A stretch of DNA of 62,637 nucleotides, the filler included, from Polymyxa betae A26-41 (Eukaryota; Protista; Endomyxa: Phytomyxea): assembly GCA_003693705.1 (NCBI GenBank). It is 4 parts of 4 records of this genome, joined end to end, with 100 filler letters (N's around TTAATTAATTAA, not from the genome) between each part and the next. Parts side by side here need not be neighbours in the genome. Positions count along the whole stretch, not along the records: positions 1 to 17,217 come from RBZT01000717.1; 3 more parts are not named here. One strand, written 5' to 3'. Shown here piece after piece: positions 1-13,249 of this stretch. The notes beneath the pieces are model-generated. The model had not been told where the DNA came from, ran no database searches, and worked only from the letters and a program-made list of their open reading frames with translations. The first letter of the stretch is position 1. Every line of letters begins with the position of its first letter. Both the position numbers and the translations under genes were made by a program.

Positions 1-380
1 GTCCACCTTCTGGTTCTTCCGCATCTTGGTGAACATTTTCATCGACCTGAACACCAAGTATAGGTTCGGGAGATGGTACTGGTTCAATGTGCATATTCTC
101 CACACGAACCGCGACATCTGAGAGTGAGCTCTCATCCACAGACTGCTTGTCGTTGATTGCACCAGCCATTGCTTGAAAACAGCTGTAAAGAATTCTTTAT
201 AGCGCTACTTTGAGATCTCGATGTTAAGATTGCAATGATGAATGCAGAATGAATATATTAGATGGATACAAGCCCTTATATATCACTGAGATCGGAGGTT
301 AGCTCGGAACTCGGAGAGATTCCGATTAACGGAGTTTAGTCAGGTCCGATCGGAGGTTAGTCAATTATTGCGTATATATT
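1..380 (-). mobile_element. Probable LTR retrotransposon 5' end: LTR remnant and start of a gag-like ORF running off the window
   Basis: Minus-strand ORF MAGAINDKQSVDESSLSDVAVRVENMHIEPV... starts near 169. About 290-335 (TCGGAGGTTAGCTCGGAACTCGGAGAGATTCCGATTAACGGAG) resembles the reverse complement of about 37195-37238, which lies in an LTR-like segment. Boundaries are approximate. Confidence 0.4.
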
Positions 381-751
381 GACACAGTTGTTCCATTCAT
401 TCGTAGGTAGAAAGCGGGCTGTTAGTGCAGTAATGACCCTCATTACCACACGTCGCACAGTGCGTGTGCTTTGTTTTATCGGCAGTGCAGTGGGAAGTTT
501 GATGGGACTGTGTACACACAGCGCATCGTACATTATTGTGGCATGTCTTTATTGTCGCAATTGATTGTTTTACAAACCTTTCAGACAATTCGACATTCGC
601 TGTTTAGGGAGGGATATAGACTATACGATTGATAATAGATTTTGATGCTCTTGCTTGGTATTATTCACATCAGCGTCAGCAGGGACCGATCCCCCTCGAC
701 TCCGACCGCTCTCAGACATACTTTCACTGTCGCAGTCGCTCAGTGTCGCTC

Positions 752-2063
752 CTATAGTAGGTAGTCGCAGATAGCTGATAAGAAGCAGAGTGAAGCGCCA
801 TGATGGCGCGTGCCTCCGGCGAGGACGGCCGGTCCTGTTGATTCCCAGCAGATGCTGCCACGAGAGGGCGCAGAGTGACGTTCTGCTCGAATAGAATATA
901 TGAGTTTACAAGCGTTGGTACTTTTGAGTGTGATTGTTTTTGTTGGAATTTCGGGATTCCGTACGGCTCGAAAGGTCTCTTGGGGGTTTTCCAGATGGTG
1001 TGGGGGGATGCGGAAGGCCACGACTATTCTATCTTCAACGCGTTTAGCTGAATGGTGAGGGATAATGGTAGTGGTGGGGAATTCCATGGCAGCAACTGTG
1101 ACTGGGTAAATTGGCCTGAGGTTATAGCATTTGTGTATCGAACAGATCATGATCAGATGTTTTTTGTGGTCTACCAGGTTGGAGTTCGCAAAGTATAATA
1201 TCGCCGCTTTCTGATGCCGTCATATAATCGAAATCGTACGTTTGTAGGAAGCGAATCGCGGGGCCGCTTGGGCGGCCGCGGTGCAGAATTCTGCGCCTAA
1301 GCAAAGAAAGTTTTAATGTCCGTTGGCAGGCGTACATTTCCAATTACGTTGACGCGGCTGCCCGTGCCGTTTGGACGGCGAGTTGCAATTGGGGCGGGCG
1401 CCCGGCGGATGCGGCTGTTTAGGGTCGATGTTGCCCATGCAGCGGTCACTTCAAGTGGCTGACGGGGAGTGGGGGATTGAGGTTTGCCGCGAGTCCTCGG
1501 GCCTTTGTGAGCGCCCAGGTTCCAACCTCCGGGTGCCACAACAAGTTCATGATTTGGGTCTACTCCTCATCCGTGAACGCGTCTAACACTCCCTGCGTAT
1601 TAACGAACTCCAGGAAGAAAGTTGCCGAGCATCTTCAGGAATAGAGGGATTGTTGCGATCTTCTCGATCTGGAAGATTGTTTGATTCAACACCCTCCTGA
1701 TAATGCCGAGCATCTTCAGAATAAAGGTATTGTTACGACCTTCTCGATCTGGAAGTGCCGCCAGCGTGTTCCGCTTTGCCGTAAGTTTCCAGGAATAGCG
1801 GTTGCTATAACACGGCTCTCGGCGACCAAGAGTGCGGCGACTTCTTGGGTGTTTGAGAATGGTGATGTTATTTCGGTTCGAGCTTTCACAACTGCTGTGT
1901 GATAGTACTCCGGTGAGGGTGCAATGTATTTTGGAAGGTTGGCTGCAGCCAGTGATGCCACCGTCAGGCGGTGAGGTATCTTGTTTCGTTGTCCACTGTC
2001 GCGTGTTACTTTCTTAGGCTGCTGCGTGGGCGTTGGAGTTAGAAAGCGCCGCCGTTTGCTCAT
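752..2063 (-). pseudogene. Frameshifted ORF remnants of an unclassified repeated element
   Basis: Consecutive broken minus-strand ORFs. Peptides YDFDYMTASESGDIILCELQPG and PTKTITLKS recur in degraded form at about 13.3-13.8 kb. Confidence 0.4.
1623..1755. repeat. Imperfect direct duplication of about 53 bp, period about 80 bp
   Basis: GCCGAGCATCTTCAGGAATAGAGGGATTGTTGCGATCTTCTCGATCTGGAAG versus GCCGAGCATCTTCAGAATAAAGGTATTGTTACGACCTTCTCGATCTGGAAG. Confidence 0.85.
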
Positions 2064-3939
2064 GGTTGAATAGGTTTCGATCGTTGTGTGAATTATCTTA
2101 CATGGAAGGATACGATCGATGAGGACGTGCGCGGTTTACTAAGGCCGTGGCGGCATCGCCAGTTTGTATTTTGTGTATCAAGGATGGGGATGATATAGTA
2201 TTTGGGTTCTGTAGGTGTTTGATGTAGCGTCTTAGTTTTGTGCTCTCATCATATCTGGAATGGTTGATCAGAGATTCTGCTGGGACTTTGATGAAAAACT
2301 TGGGTAATTATTGTAGTTCTTTGAGCTGAGTTGTATTGTAATTTCATAACCACGACCACGACAGAGTCATCGCGGGGTCCCCTTGGGCACGCTCTGCTGT
2401 TGCAGGCAGCAAGCTCATCTACATAGTTCAAACAATATAGGGCTGGACGCCGTTGGGACGAATCAGATCTGCAATTAAAAGAACGACAGCAAAGAACTTT
2501 GACTCTCGAATCCATGCGCAATAAATAATCGATTTGCAGACCTTCAAATCTCTAAATATGTGTAAATTCAATATTCTGAATCTGCCCTTGAACTACTTCA
2601 AAATCGACAATGAATTCCAGACAGCCCAGATATTGAAATTTGGACCGACTGAAGTCTGAAAATCACAGACCCGGGAATGGTGAAGATGTCAGTCTAGATG
2701 AAGCAGCGTGCACATGATGACAGCGATCAGATCTCAGAACATCCCATAAAAACGCCCAACAGATAGATAACACTGTATCGATGTCAGCCGGCCTATCCAT
2801 TCCTTCTACTAAATCTATCTGATCGGCGATTCATTCCTTCACTGATTCTCTTTCATGATCCAAAAATTAGTCAAAACTTTCGATGCAACAACAACAAATG
2901 CAGGAGTTAAAGAGGTCGCTGAACAGCTGGCGAAGGTAGCAACTACGAATGAAGTAGAAAATCACAAATCGACGATCTAGAAGGCTGCAGAATATGGGGA
3001 TGAGGAAGTCGATCATGACCCATTCGTATCTTCACACAGCTTAATGTTTCAAAAGCGTCAAAGATTTCGACTGCAGAATTATGTGAATGCGAATTTCTAA
3101 CTTAGCCAATGGGTTTGGATATCCAGATAGAACCATCGCAATAGAAGGCAGATTACAGATCAGCAGGGAGTACGGGGACGAGGATACAGTCGTTCCCATA
3201 AACTCCCATCGTGAACTATGACAAAACTAACGCACAAGATAATCCAATTCAATGGATAATATTGCCCGGTATTCGATTTCCCGACCGATTTTTCGAGGGA
3301 CGGATTGTAGCTTGGTTCGAGCTATATCTTAAAGTCCTCTGTATTTTATCAGCTCACTTCAGAACACGTCGCGGAACTGTTTGCTCTCGATCAGATCGCT
3401 GATTTGCTAAATATCTGCCACAGCTGTGCGATTTTTCATGATTTACTGAGCAGATTGTGCTATTCCAGAAAAGACTCTCAAAAAAGGCTTTATTCAGCAG
3501 AAATATTCGCTGACCAGAACATTTGGAATTCTTAACAGTGTTTTTGCCACAATTGTTTTCTTTCAGTATTAATCTGAATCTCTATTCTATACGGTAGAGC
3601 TGGAAAACTTCACGTCAAAGATCAACCACAGCATAAATCTGAGATGGTTCTCTACTCCTCTGATTTCTAGAATGAACAATTTTTGACTTTTTTCTGCAAA
3701 TTCAAGACAGTAATTTTGTTTTTTAGGCGCAGCCACAATATCTCCGATTTCGATCGATTTTGTTGGAATGATCCGATCGGAACCTATCAAACCAAGTTTG
3801 TGTTCTTGTAATCATGGCTTCTAAAGGATCTCAGGAAAGCCAGTTCCACATGCAGCCCGAAGCTGCCAACAAGTTAGCTGAACTATGTTAGAGCCTACAT
3901 GAAGACATCTCATCTATCTCAGATGATCCAATACGATTC

Positions 3940-4353
3940 TGGCTTCTGGGTATTGAAGAATATGAAAGATTTGTTACTATGATGTGTGATGAAAACGATC
4001 TCGATCTTCCCCATCAACATTCTCCTTCTATTGCTATAGATGTTATATGGCATTGTCATCTTCTGGATACTGCCGGATATAAGCAGTTTATAGGGGCAAT
4101 CACGGGTCGTACTGGAGCCCTGCTTCATCATACACCATATCCATCCGGAGAACAGGCTAAACGAGCTCGATATGCGCTTACATACTCGAAGCTCGATTCG
4201 TTCTCCAAGCTGCTGACGTTCTGGTGGCCCGAACCGGATCAGTACGACCACTGGTATAGTCCGGAGACAGTCTACGATTTATCTGTTACAACCTGTCACC
4301 GAATTGCGGTTTTTCATGACGATAAACCTCATCGTATCCGCCGTATTCATTGA
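3940..4353 (+). CDS. GRDP-like (glycine-rich domain-containing protein-like, DUF1399-type) protein, 5' end disrupted or spliced
   Basis: The frame reads GIEEYERFVTMM...PSIAIDVIWHCHLLDTAGYKQF...GALLHHTP, matching the EYxRF / PSxxIDxxWHxHLL / Y / HHxP pattern of this family. Confidence 0.65.
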   Translation, partial: WLLGIEEYERFVTMMCDENDLDLPHQHSPSIAIDVIWHCHLLDTAGYKQFIGAITGRTGALLHHTPYPSGEQAKRARYALTYSKLDSFSKLLTFWWPEPDQYDHWYSPETVYDLSVTTCHRIAVFHDDKPHRIRRIH

Positions 4354-6536
4354 TAAATATTTTGTATGAACCTCTTCAACATCCTCACGAGCTCAGATCC
4401 GATTTCGATTCGCTCCTGGACGATGTTGAAACACATCTCATTTGATGCTCTTTTAAACAAGGCTATTGCTGATGATCTGTCTAAACTGTTCAAGTGTTAG
4501 TATTACACCGTTCTCTATCTCCTGGAGCATACCACAGATTGAAAATTATTGGCGAAGTCCCTAAAAAGTTAATTGACTAAATGGCAGCTTCACGTTATAA
4601 TTTACACCCAGGAGATATACAGATTTCAAACTATATCATAGGAATAGTATAGTACTATAGTACCCCATATATAATTGCCGTGATTACATTAAAAAAGGTC
4701 GGCAGAACGGTTGTCAAAGCCGAATTGAACCAGAACTTTATTGGAAAAGAATAATGATAAGAAAGGACACAGAAACAGGGCAGGGCAGGATATGATGCGA
4801 AATCGGCGCCAAAGTAGAAGCGAGACTTGTTTGCATGAGCGCTGCTACGTGCAGACAATGCAGCCGTCTTGGTGTGAGTAGACTGTGCGGACGTCAACGA
4901 AAACTATGGAAAGGCCCAATGTCTCTGGTGTATTAAAATCTTGAAAATTCAGGAAGGCCTGAAGGACCATGATCTTACACTGACTCAGTGCCAAAACTTG
5001 TCAACTTTTCATCTATGGTCCATCCTACTGCAAGTCGCTTCTATGTCCTACACAATTACGTACCGATAACAAACACCTTCGGCTGATATGTGTAAGAAAT
5101 CCACGCCTGCTTAATCAGAATCAATTTGAAGGATCTCTGATTCCCCGGACTGAGACCAGCCTTTCAGTGATCATGCCATTCAGGAGAGCGATCAAGAAAT
5201 GTTTCCGCTTCCGTCGAATCTGATTTTGAAAAAGGGTGAAAAAAAACGAGGACAAATACGTGTTGCGGACGATCTCTTTTAACTCAAACAATGATTATAT
5301 TTAGAAAAGCTACATCCTCTACAAGGCCTTGAGTATTGAGAGGTCGGTTAAGAACCTTGCTTTTGGCTGCTCAGCTCGTCTACTTCGCGTAACAGACGCG
5401 GAGTATCCACGTTGGGCCATTTTTTAGTGAAATGGGGCATATTTCAACAGTCATGTCTTTATTACAGGCCGAATCATATTCTATGACCGAATCCGGCAAA
5501 AAAAACTGATGAGGCAAATTTCTCAACTTACCGAGCGGTTACAAACTTCATCAGATCTGGTACGCTCCTCGTGAACCTAAATAGATAGTAGATGAGCTCA
5601 GTAAAAGTCTGGAAAAAGCATCTGCTTTAAAAGGAAACCGGAACGCGGAGCTTAGAAATACTGTCTCAATCATCATTAGGGTTTTGTTAAAGCAGAGGGT
5701 CTTTAATGTGTTCGGGCTGCAAGCTGCCGATAATTGGAGGATTTGAGCGGCTTTTAACATCTCAGATTTCGAATGTCGATCGTAACTTGACGCATCCCAT
5801 TCTTACCATCGGAATGCTCCTTGCCTTATTTTAACAGCAGCATACAGGGAGACATAGATCTAATGGTTTATACAAATCAAATTGTCCATCTTCTCTTCAA
5901 AGGATTGCCAACCATACAGATGACAGGCATGGGAGCGATTTCGAAAGATTGGGCTTAATTGACCTAAACAATAACCCGATCCAAGCAAATCTGCAAAAAT
6001 TTCAAAACAAACAGAATTCGATCCTATTTACAATCGATTATGTCTCCTATTCATTGGCACTTCTCTGAGATTGTTTTATATGTAGAGTTACGAACAATCT
6101 GGTACTGCCTAAAGATGATTTATGGCACAAATGAGATCGAATTAAAAGGAGAACGAGTTTAGAATGGAGAGAGGCATATTTAGAGCCTCTATTTATTAGT
6201 ACTAAACACATTCCTTTTAAGAACATCGAACATGAACTTCATCTCTGAGCTGTTGCTTCCATCGAACAGCGTCAAGCAATTTCAATCTAATAGGCTCTCC
6301 TCTGCTTAGTTTGAATACGGTTACTGCGACGAAGTTCAGGTCGTTTCAAGGACTTGATGGCGACCAGCGATTGTGCAGCTGTAATTGCACGATCTGGTAC
6401 GACCGACTCAGGTTCAGCAATCCGAATATCGAATTGATTACAACACAGCTGGAGTTGAGCATCTTGATACCGTTCATTAAACCTGACAATGAATCTATCG
6501 ACCTGAAAGACTCCATATTAACACACAGCCTGTTAA

Positions 6537-7247
6537 TCAGACAATAAATCTACTCACCCAATTAATAGGATCCAATACAAGCGATTTCCCATCATACACC
6601 TGAATACGAACATACTCAAACCCAGCTTTCATCAGAATCCTTGACAGAGATGCGGTTGGGAACTCAACCGACGCCTGGGCCAGTACGCCCGGGTCCTCGT
6701 GGACTTGCGTATGGCATTGTTTGGGGATGATACCATCACGGCAGCAGATCATTGGGAATCTTATACATGCAGATAGTAATAGGTCGCGTATTTCACCCAT
6801 AATCGTCTCTTTGAGTGATTTGATGCTATTAGACGAGTCTACCTCCATACTGTTGCTGGAACAGATTTTCGCACAGACCGGATGTGATATAACAGTCAGA
6901 CAATCATTGAATGATTCGTGGTCTTGGACGAGAATCTTCTGGCTGGCAATGGTGCAGTACGTTCCAAGCATGTCGTACAGATCTTCGGTTAATACGTAGA
7001 AACAAGCGAATTTGACATCCAGACGAGATGGATCATTGATACCTCTTAGAAACAAATCAATAAACTCGATATTAATCACAATTGATGTTCCATACTTTGG
7101 TAAATGAGCAGCTAATAGGCTGGAATCAAGTTTAGAGTCGGATGTGGACTTGTTAGCAGGGACATTAGATGAGCTGGAGGGCTGATGACGACCTCTAACA
7201 GAAGAGGAAGCGGCTGCACAATCATCGTCACGCTTGCGTTTAGCCAT
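6537..7247 (-). CDS. Hypothetical protein (236 aa ORF, possibly one exon of a larger gene)
   Basis: Long ORF beginning with a basic NLS-like MAKRKR, with a Cys-rich C-terminal half. No family recognised. Confidence 0.4.
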   Translation of the reverse strand: MAKRKRDDDCAAASSSVRGRHQPSSSSNVPANKSTSDSKLDSSLLAAHLPKYGTSIVINIEFIDLFLRGINDPSRLDVKFACFYVLTEDLYDMLGTYCTIASQKILVQDHESFNDCLTVISHPVCAKICSSNSMEVDSSNSIKSLKETIMGEIRDLLLSACIRFPMICCRDGIIPKQCHTQVHEDPGVLAQASVEFPTASLSRILMKAGFEYVRIQVYDGKSLVLDPINWVSRFIV

Positions 7248-8255
7248 CCCAGTATATAAAGGGTCTCAAAATTCCACTCCGAATGATTTCATTGCTCTCG
7301 AATACGTAGAATATTTTCATGAAATTTGTCGAAACAAGAGAAACATTTCTGCAAAAAAAATTGCGCTCCCAGATTCTATTTGAAAGAGATCGGCGATGAA
7401 TTACAGAATAGTCATGCTTGAAATGAGAACACCAAAAATAGGTTTTTGGATAATTCTGTATAGTGAACGTTGATTTGCGAATATGTTTCATGAAGAATCG
7501 CTTAACACATAAAATACGATATATCAAGTATTGTAGTTGATTTGAATCAATGTCAAATTCATCATCTGTACTACCTTTATCTATAATTGTCAACCGGCGT
7601 CAACATTTGCGACAATGAAAATCTCGTTTAATTCGGGAGAAAAGTGAAGGAAATATCTGTATATTTATCCATTGGTACCTCAGAAATTATTGAGCAACCA
7701 TGATTTACCAATACATTATTTTCCATCAGTTAAACACAGGTCAGCGACTGCTATGATGCATTCGACGAAACGACGACGTGGTGGGCGCCTTCCTCCGCCA
7801 CACCAAATCAGCCAGCACAGCAAAAACCTCTCCGATTTGTTGCGGATTCATGAAGCTGCTAACTGCATCTTGAGCCGTACACGATTCTTGGCAAACTTCA
7901 TAATCCTCTCAATAAGGTCCTTGAAGGCGTCATCGTCTTCATCAGTTTAGGGAGGTCTCCTGCCACACCATTTTTGAATCTTTCAATGATCAGCGATTCG
8001 ATTAAGACCACAAGACATTTTCGATTTCGTTTCTGATTTGACTATATGGCGTTTCTTTATCACAGTTTTGATTCGCCCTGGGGTTGCCCTGCTATATCAT
8101 TGACATTTTCCCAAGCTTTGGTCAATGCCTCAATGGTTCCTTCTAACCCTATAGTTAAATCCCCGGGTTAGACAATACATCAATGAATTCATCATTTTTT
8201 CGAAAGGCCGATGATGGTGTCGAAGAATGTTGAATTTATTGCCTATGAATTCCGG

Positions 8256-10446
8256 TCAGACTTTCCGAGTCTTCCTTGTTCGCGCTTCATAAAATTTTTT
8301 ACTTCGCTTTGCGCCTATTTCTGGACGGCCGTTCTCTTTCACCTGCAAGGGGTTTCGAACATCAGTACCGCTGCTTGGCTCTGTTGGGGTTTGAATGTTG
8401 GAGAAGTGGTCCAACGTCGATAGCAACGCTTCCAGGCCTTGCTTCACCAACTTATACATTGAATCGTTTTTAACAGCCATGGCTATAAGCTCCTGCGCTA
8501 TCGCCCAGAGCTCTTCATATCGTTCACTCTCTGTGAGATTCAGAATCCGGGCTTCCTCCAGACCGTTGCCATGAACAATATTGATGGCGGACATGCTCAC
8601 TCCACAAGCAAAATCCCGCCACCATCGATCATTGAAAAGTTCCAACGGACAGGAGCGCTGATTTAGATGTCGCAGCACGCAGAGGATATGGCGGCAGACA
8701 ATTCCGTGCCATGTCGCCTTTCGACAACTGCAGGATATTGACCGAATATGATCACGGAAATTGACGACACGCTGATGTTCCGGGTGGTCTCTATGACAAA
8801 ACCCAGAAATCGTTGTCAATCGTCGAGCTCTTAATACAGATATATGAGAGTGATAAAGTATTCTGCTCTTGAAGAAGGCGATTTGCGTATGGTGTCAGCA
8901 CTTTTGAGGCGCTTTCAATTAATGGATCGTTGCCGATGACGTCCAACTCGGTGAGTACGGTCGCCTGGAGCTGCTTATTCGCCACAGATTCCTCGACGCG
9001 ATCGAAACCGTCTGAAATATGATCGAGTGAAGAACTGGAGAGTAATGATGCCTTAATTTGGTTGTGAATACTCTCTTGGTGCTGGGTAGATGAGACTCCT
9101 GCAACGAAGTGCTCGTGTGTGAATGAGAAAGCCCACGTCTTCTCTTTCGCTTTGAGAATCTTGAGATAATCAGCAGCTTCAGGGTATTTCTCTGAAAGTT
9201 TTCGGAATTCTGTGCGATACGAATGGAGCTCTTCGATGGACCCGACTCTCCAAAAGTCTCCCAGAAATTCTGTTAGTCGACAGTGCAGAACTCCAGCCAA
9301 AGCGCGATTCACGTTTTGAGCGATATGAATTCGGCATAAAAGGTGGATCGATTGAGGCCAGATCTTTGCGATTGCTCTGGCAATTTCAGTATCTCCATCA
9401 GAGAACACAACTGTAGGTGAAACCCCCGAGACACATTCGGCAAACGCTTGAAGGCACCAGATATACGACTCATAGCGGTCATTAAATAGAAGGCTGCCAG
9501 CAATAAGATGACTGATTCCATGATTGTCAGTTGTTGTGAACAGGACCAGGGGCATCCTGAATCTGTTTTTCTTGAATGAGGCATCGACCTCGAGGACGTC
9601 GTTAAAATCTTGATACAGCTGCTTGCCCTTCGCTGAGATCCAAAAGACCCTCTGCAGCCGTAGGGTCCTGTAAAAATACATTCGAGTCTCCCAGCCATTG
9701 TGGTAACGCTCGTTCAGAAGATTGACAAAACCAGCAGCCTCTTTACACTCGCCCGATTGTCTCTGAATTAGATTCTCAACATCAAGCTTTGTCCAAGAAA
9801 CCTTCAGTTTAGGAAATTCCACTTTTTCGATAAAAGTCATGATATCAGAGAGACTGAGCACACCATGCTGATTTAATTCCCGAATTTTAGCTTGAACTTT
9901 CTCAGGTATAACACCATTTTGAGGCAGTGTTTCCACTTGAGCCTGATCGAAAATCTCGTGGTTATGGCGATCACAAATAAAATAAACCTTATACGAATCA
10001 GATAGACCCACGCGCCTTAGCTTAACAGCAAATAGGCAATCACATTTCGAACTCTGACGATCGCGCTGACGATCTTCCGTTACAGCTGAAGATTTCTTTC
10101 GATGAACTCCAGACAGAACGCAGAGAAATGAGAAGAATTCATGCTTCTTTCGGCTGGTCTGCACGACAGGACAGCTAGCAAAACCTGAACATGCAGATCT
10201 TGCATCCGCCAAAGAATCAAACACGGCACCAATAGCGACCGTCTCTGGGGACGAAGCGTTCCGTTCATTCGGTATTTTAGAACAGGTTACGATCTCCTCC
10301 TCGGAATGCCCACTTTCCGGTGCGGATCCTGCACAGGATTGAGATCCTTCAGTCAAGCAAGACGCGGTAGCTTGAGATGCCGACAGCAGCCCATCACCAG
10401 GCGAACTGGTGACCAATTTCAATAAGCTATTGAGGCGCGTAAACAT
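8256..10446 (-). mobile_element. Mutator-like (MULE) transposase with FAR1, MULE DDE and SWIM domains and one frameshift near 8800
   Basis: FAR1-type C...HNH; LEVDASFKKNRFRMPLVLFTTTDNHG, VFSDGD, HLLCRIHI, STQHQESIH; SWIM CSCRKATWHGIVCRHIL lies in the overlapping ORF 8256-8819. Confidence 0.93.
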
Positions 10447-10455
10447 AAGTAAATA

Positions 10456-12418
10456 CAGTCCTCCCTCTCTATAACGACACTCTTTATAACGACATCTCCA
10501 TATAAGCCCGATAATGTTACCTTGTACGGATATTGTTGTATGGATTCTCTACAAAGTCATCAATGACATGGCGGCGCGGCCAATGCCTGTCAGATGACAT
10601 TCTAATGGGGCTCTTCGTTTTTCATCTCGATCATTAACAATACAAACTTGATTTTCTACCATTGTCTCGTCAACCTTAGACTAGCTAGCTGGAAGGGCAG
10701 CATTGCGTCTGACTCTCAGACCACTTTTATCTTCATGGTCCCTACTCCTTCGAGAAACAGAGCGTCGTTCGGGATAGCCGAGAAATAGCTGATTTGCCGA
10801 ATATACAATGACAACATTACAGAGAAAAAAGTAGAATCGCAGAGCTGATTTCTGACAGATTGGGTTATCAGGTATGCCGCTCGACTATTTCTGGCATTGT
10901 AAGAGACGTTAAGAAGTACGAGGATCATGCACATTCCCCTGATTTGAAAAGAGCCAGGCCATGCAAATTTTTTTCTCTAGACTCTGCACTTATTCGCTGG
11001 ATCGCGCAAGCAAATGCCAACAATTTACTCATTTCTGAAGACATAATCGTTCAAAAGGCTTCGGAAATGGAAAACGCCCTGAACATCGGCAAAGAACTAC
11101 GTTTTTCCAATGGATGGTTACAGAAATTCAAGAAACGACATCAGCTGAAAAGTTTTGTTTTGCATGGAGAGGCCTCAGAGCCTGATTTCCAAAGCGCTTA
11201 CGATTCTGTCCGCGACCTCCACGCAATCATCGGGCTCTTCAATCCAGATGATGTTTTCAACTTTGATGAAACTGCTCTTTTTTGGAAAGCGCATCCAAAG
11301 AAATCTATCGCCAGAAGTCAGCTGACTGGCTCTAAAAAACAAAAACAACGAATCACTGTTGGCTTATGCGTCAACGTATCTGGCACTGAGAAGATCAAGC
11401 CACTCATAATCGGTGTAAGTAAGCAGCCGCGAAGTTTCAGGGGCTTTGATGTTCAAAATTTTGCACATTACTACTGGAACTCGAAAGCTTGGATGACGTC
11501 TGCTGTCTGGAAAAGCTATTTATCTGTGTTGAATCAAAATTTTCAATCCCAGCGCCGGCATGTTCTTCTTCTCTGCGATAACGCTACTAGCCACATTTTA
11601 CGCGATCAAGAACCTGACTTCATAGGATCGTTTAAAGCATACTGTGCTATACTTTCCTTTTAATGTCACATCATTAATTCAACCTTTGGATGCAGGCATC
11701 ATTTCAAGTTTCAAACACATTTACAGAAAGCTGTTTCTACAGTGGGTCGTGGCAAAATACGATCATGCTATCCTAAATGACGCCAACTCAAATCCGTCAA
11801 TGATGACACCACAATTGAATCACGCGGTTATCTGGGTGGACCACGCCATGAACATGATTTCTCAGCGTACAATCTCCAATTGCTGGAGAAAAACCCAAAA
11901 CATTCCGACAGAATGGATCTTGGAGATCGATAGCTCAGAATTCAACGACGCAAATCGAACAGGCAATGCGGCTTTAGATGAAGAACTTGCGGATTTGATT
12001 TCAAAAATGTCGATTCAAGATCCGCTAGATGCCTCCGAATTCATTCAACTCGACGACGATCTGCCAATAGAAGAAGAGCCCGGATTAGATTATTTCATTG
12101 GCGGGGAGATGGACGAAGCCAGCTCTGATTGTGAGCAAACTGAAGCTAACGACGACAAATCGAAGCGCATCGAAAATTTGTTAAACACTTTTCGGGATAG
12201 CCCCCAAGAACTGCCAGAAGAGCTTCACGAAGCTTGCAAAGCTTTAATATTGTATCTATTCGAGAAATAAATCTTAAAACCGATTCTGTGCAACAACTGT
12301 TGCGAGTAACTAATACATTCAAATGGTCCATAACCCGTTAGAAACCCCATAGACTTTTATAACGACAATGTCGTTATAAAGAATACTCCGCCAGGGTCGT
12401 TATAAAGAGGGAGGACTG
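10456..12418 (+). mobile_element. Complete-length pogo/Tigger-type DNA transposon with 23-bp TIRs and TA target duplication
   Basis: Left CAGTCCTCCCTCTCTATAACGAC; right end reverse complement CAGTCCTCCCTCTTTATAACGAC (1 mismatch). TA at 10454-10455 and 12419-12420. Subterminal TTTATAACGACA copies at both ends. Confidence 0.95.
10736..12270 (+). pseudogene. Tigger/CENP-B-like transposase (HTH plus DDE_1), disrupted
   Basis: FSNGWLQKFKKRH, VFNFDETALFWK, LLCDNATSH, PFNVTSLIQPLDAGII. Stops occur in the N-terminal part and there is a frameshift near 11645. Confidence 0.92.
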
Positions 12419-13249
12419 TAACGAGATCAAATGAAGACGGCGCTCGGCCTCGGCCCACCGCTCTCCAGATTTCTGAAAATGGATTCCCGCTGTAGGGAGG
12501 CTGGACCCCGGTTGCAACTCTAAGCCCGGCGCAACCTTATAGGGGGGTTGCGCTCGCTTCATATCAGCAACTGGTTGCGTTCGTGGCAGGGTCGTTTATT
12601 CTATATGAATTGGGATTCAAGAGGAAGGCACTTCTTAACTTTGTAAAGTGGGTGGAAGGTCTCATCACATAATACTCTAATATGGAAACAAAATCGTTGG
12701 AAGCTTCCTAGGATGTGCGGGCTGCGTTATCAGTTATGCTGTTTTGATCATCGGGGTTTTGCAGGAATGCGCATTCATACATCCGGAATTGGGTAAGTAC
12801 TTCGTTATTAATGTAAGACTCCAGTGATAGAACTGTCTTTCCCCTCGCCACATACTCCGCGACGATGGTTGCCGCATCGGTTCTTTTGTTCGCCTGTCGA
12901 CCCGATTATGGAAGTCATCGTTTGCTGTCAATGCAACCTGAAGTTAAACGGGTTAGACTGGCTTATATATTGTGGTTTGACCTTTATATGTTATCAGAAA
13001 TAGGGCATGAGCAGTAACGAGGCTGTCAGAGTCTACCCGGCTATATCAGTATTCTGAGAGCGCCAATCCTGACCGCGCTTTAATCATGCGACCGAACAGT
13101 TTCTCTTTCGCTTCCGCCATCAAGGCGTTCAAATTTAACGCATCTGATTCATTCCGACGGGTCAGGTATTTTTTGCAGAAATCCTTAGCTTGACGCTTCG
13201 TCTCGCTGCGATGGGCGCTGAATTTCGAAATCGCATCTTTCGTTGCCTA

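Noticed and set aside
4700-4900. Possible solo LTR
   Set aside because: There is no clean TG...CA pair, TSD or second copy in the window.
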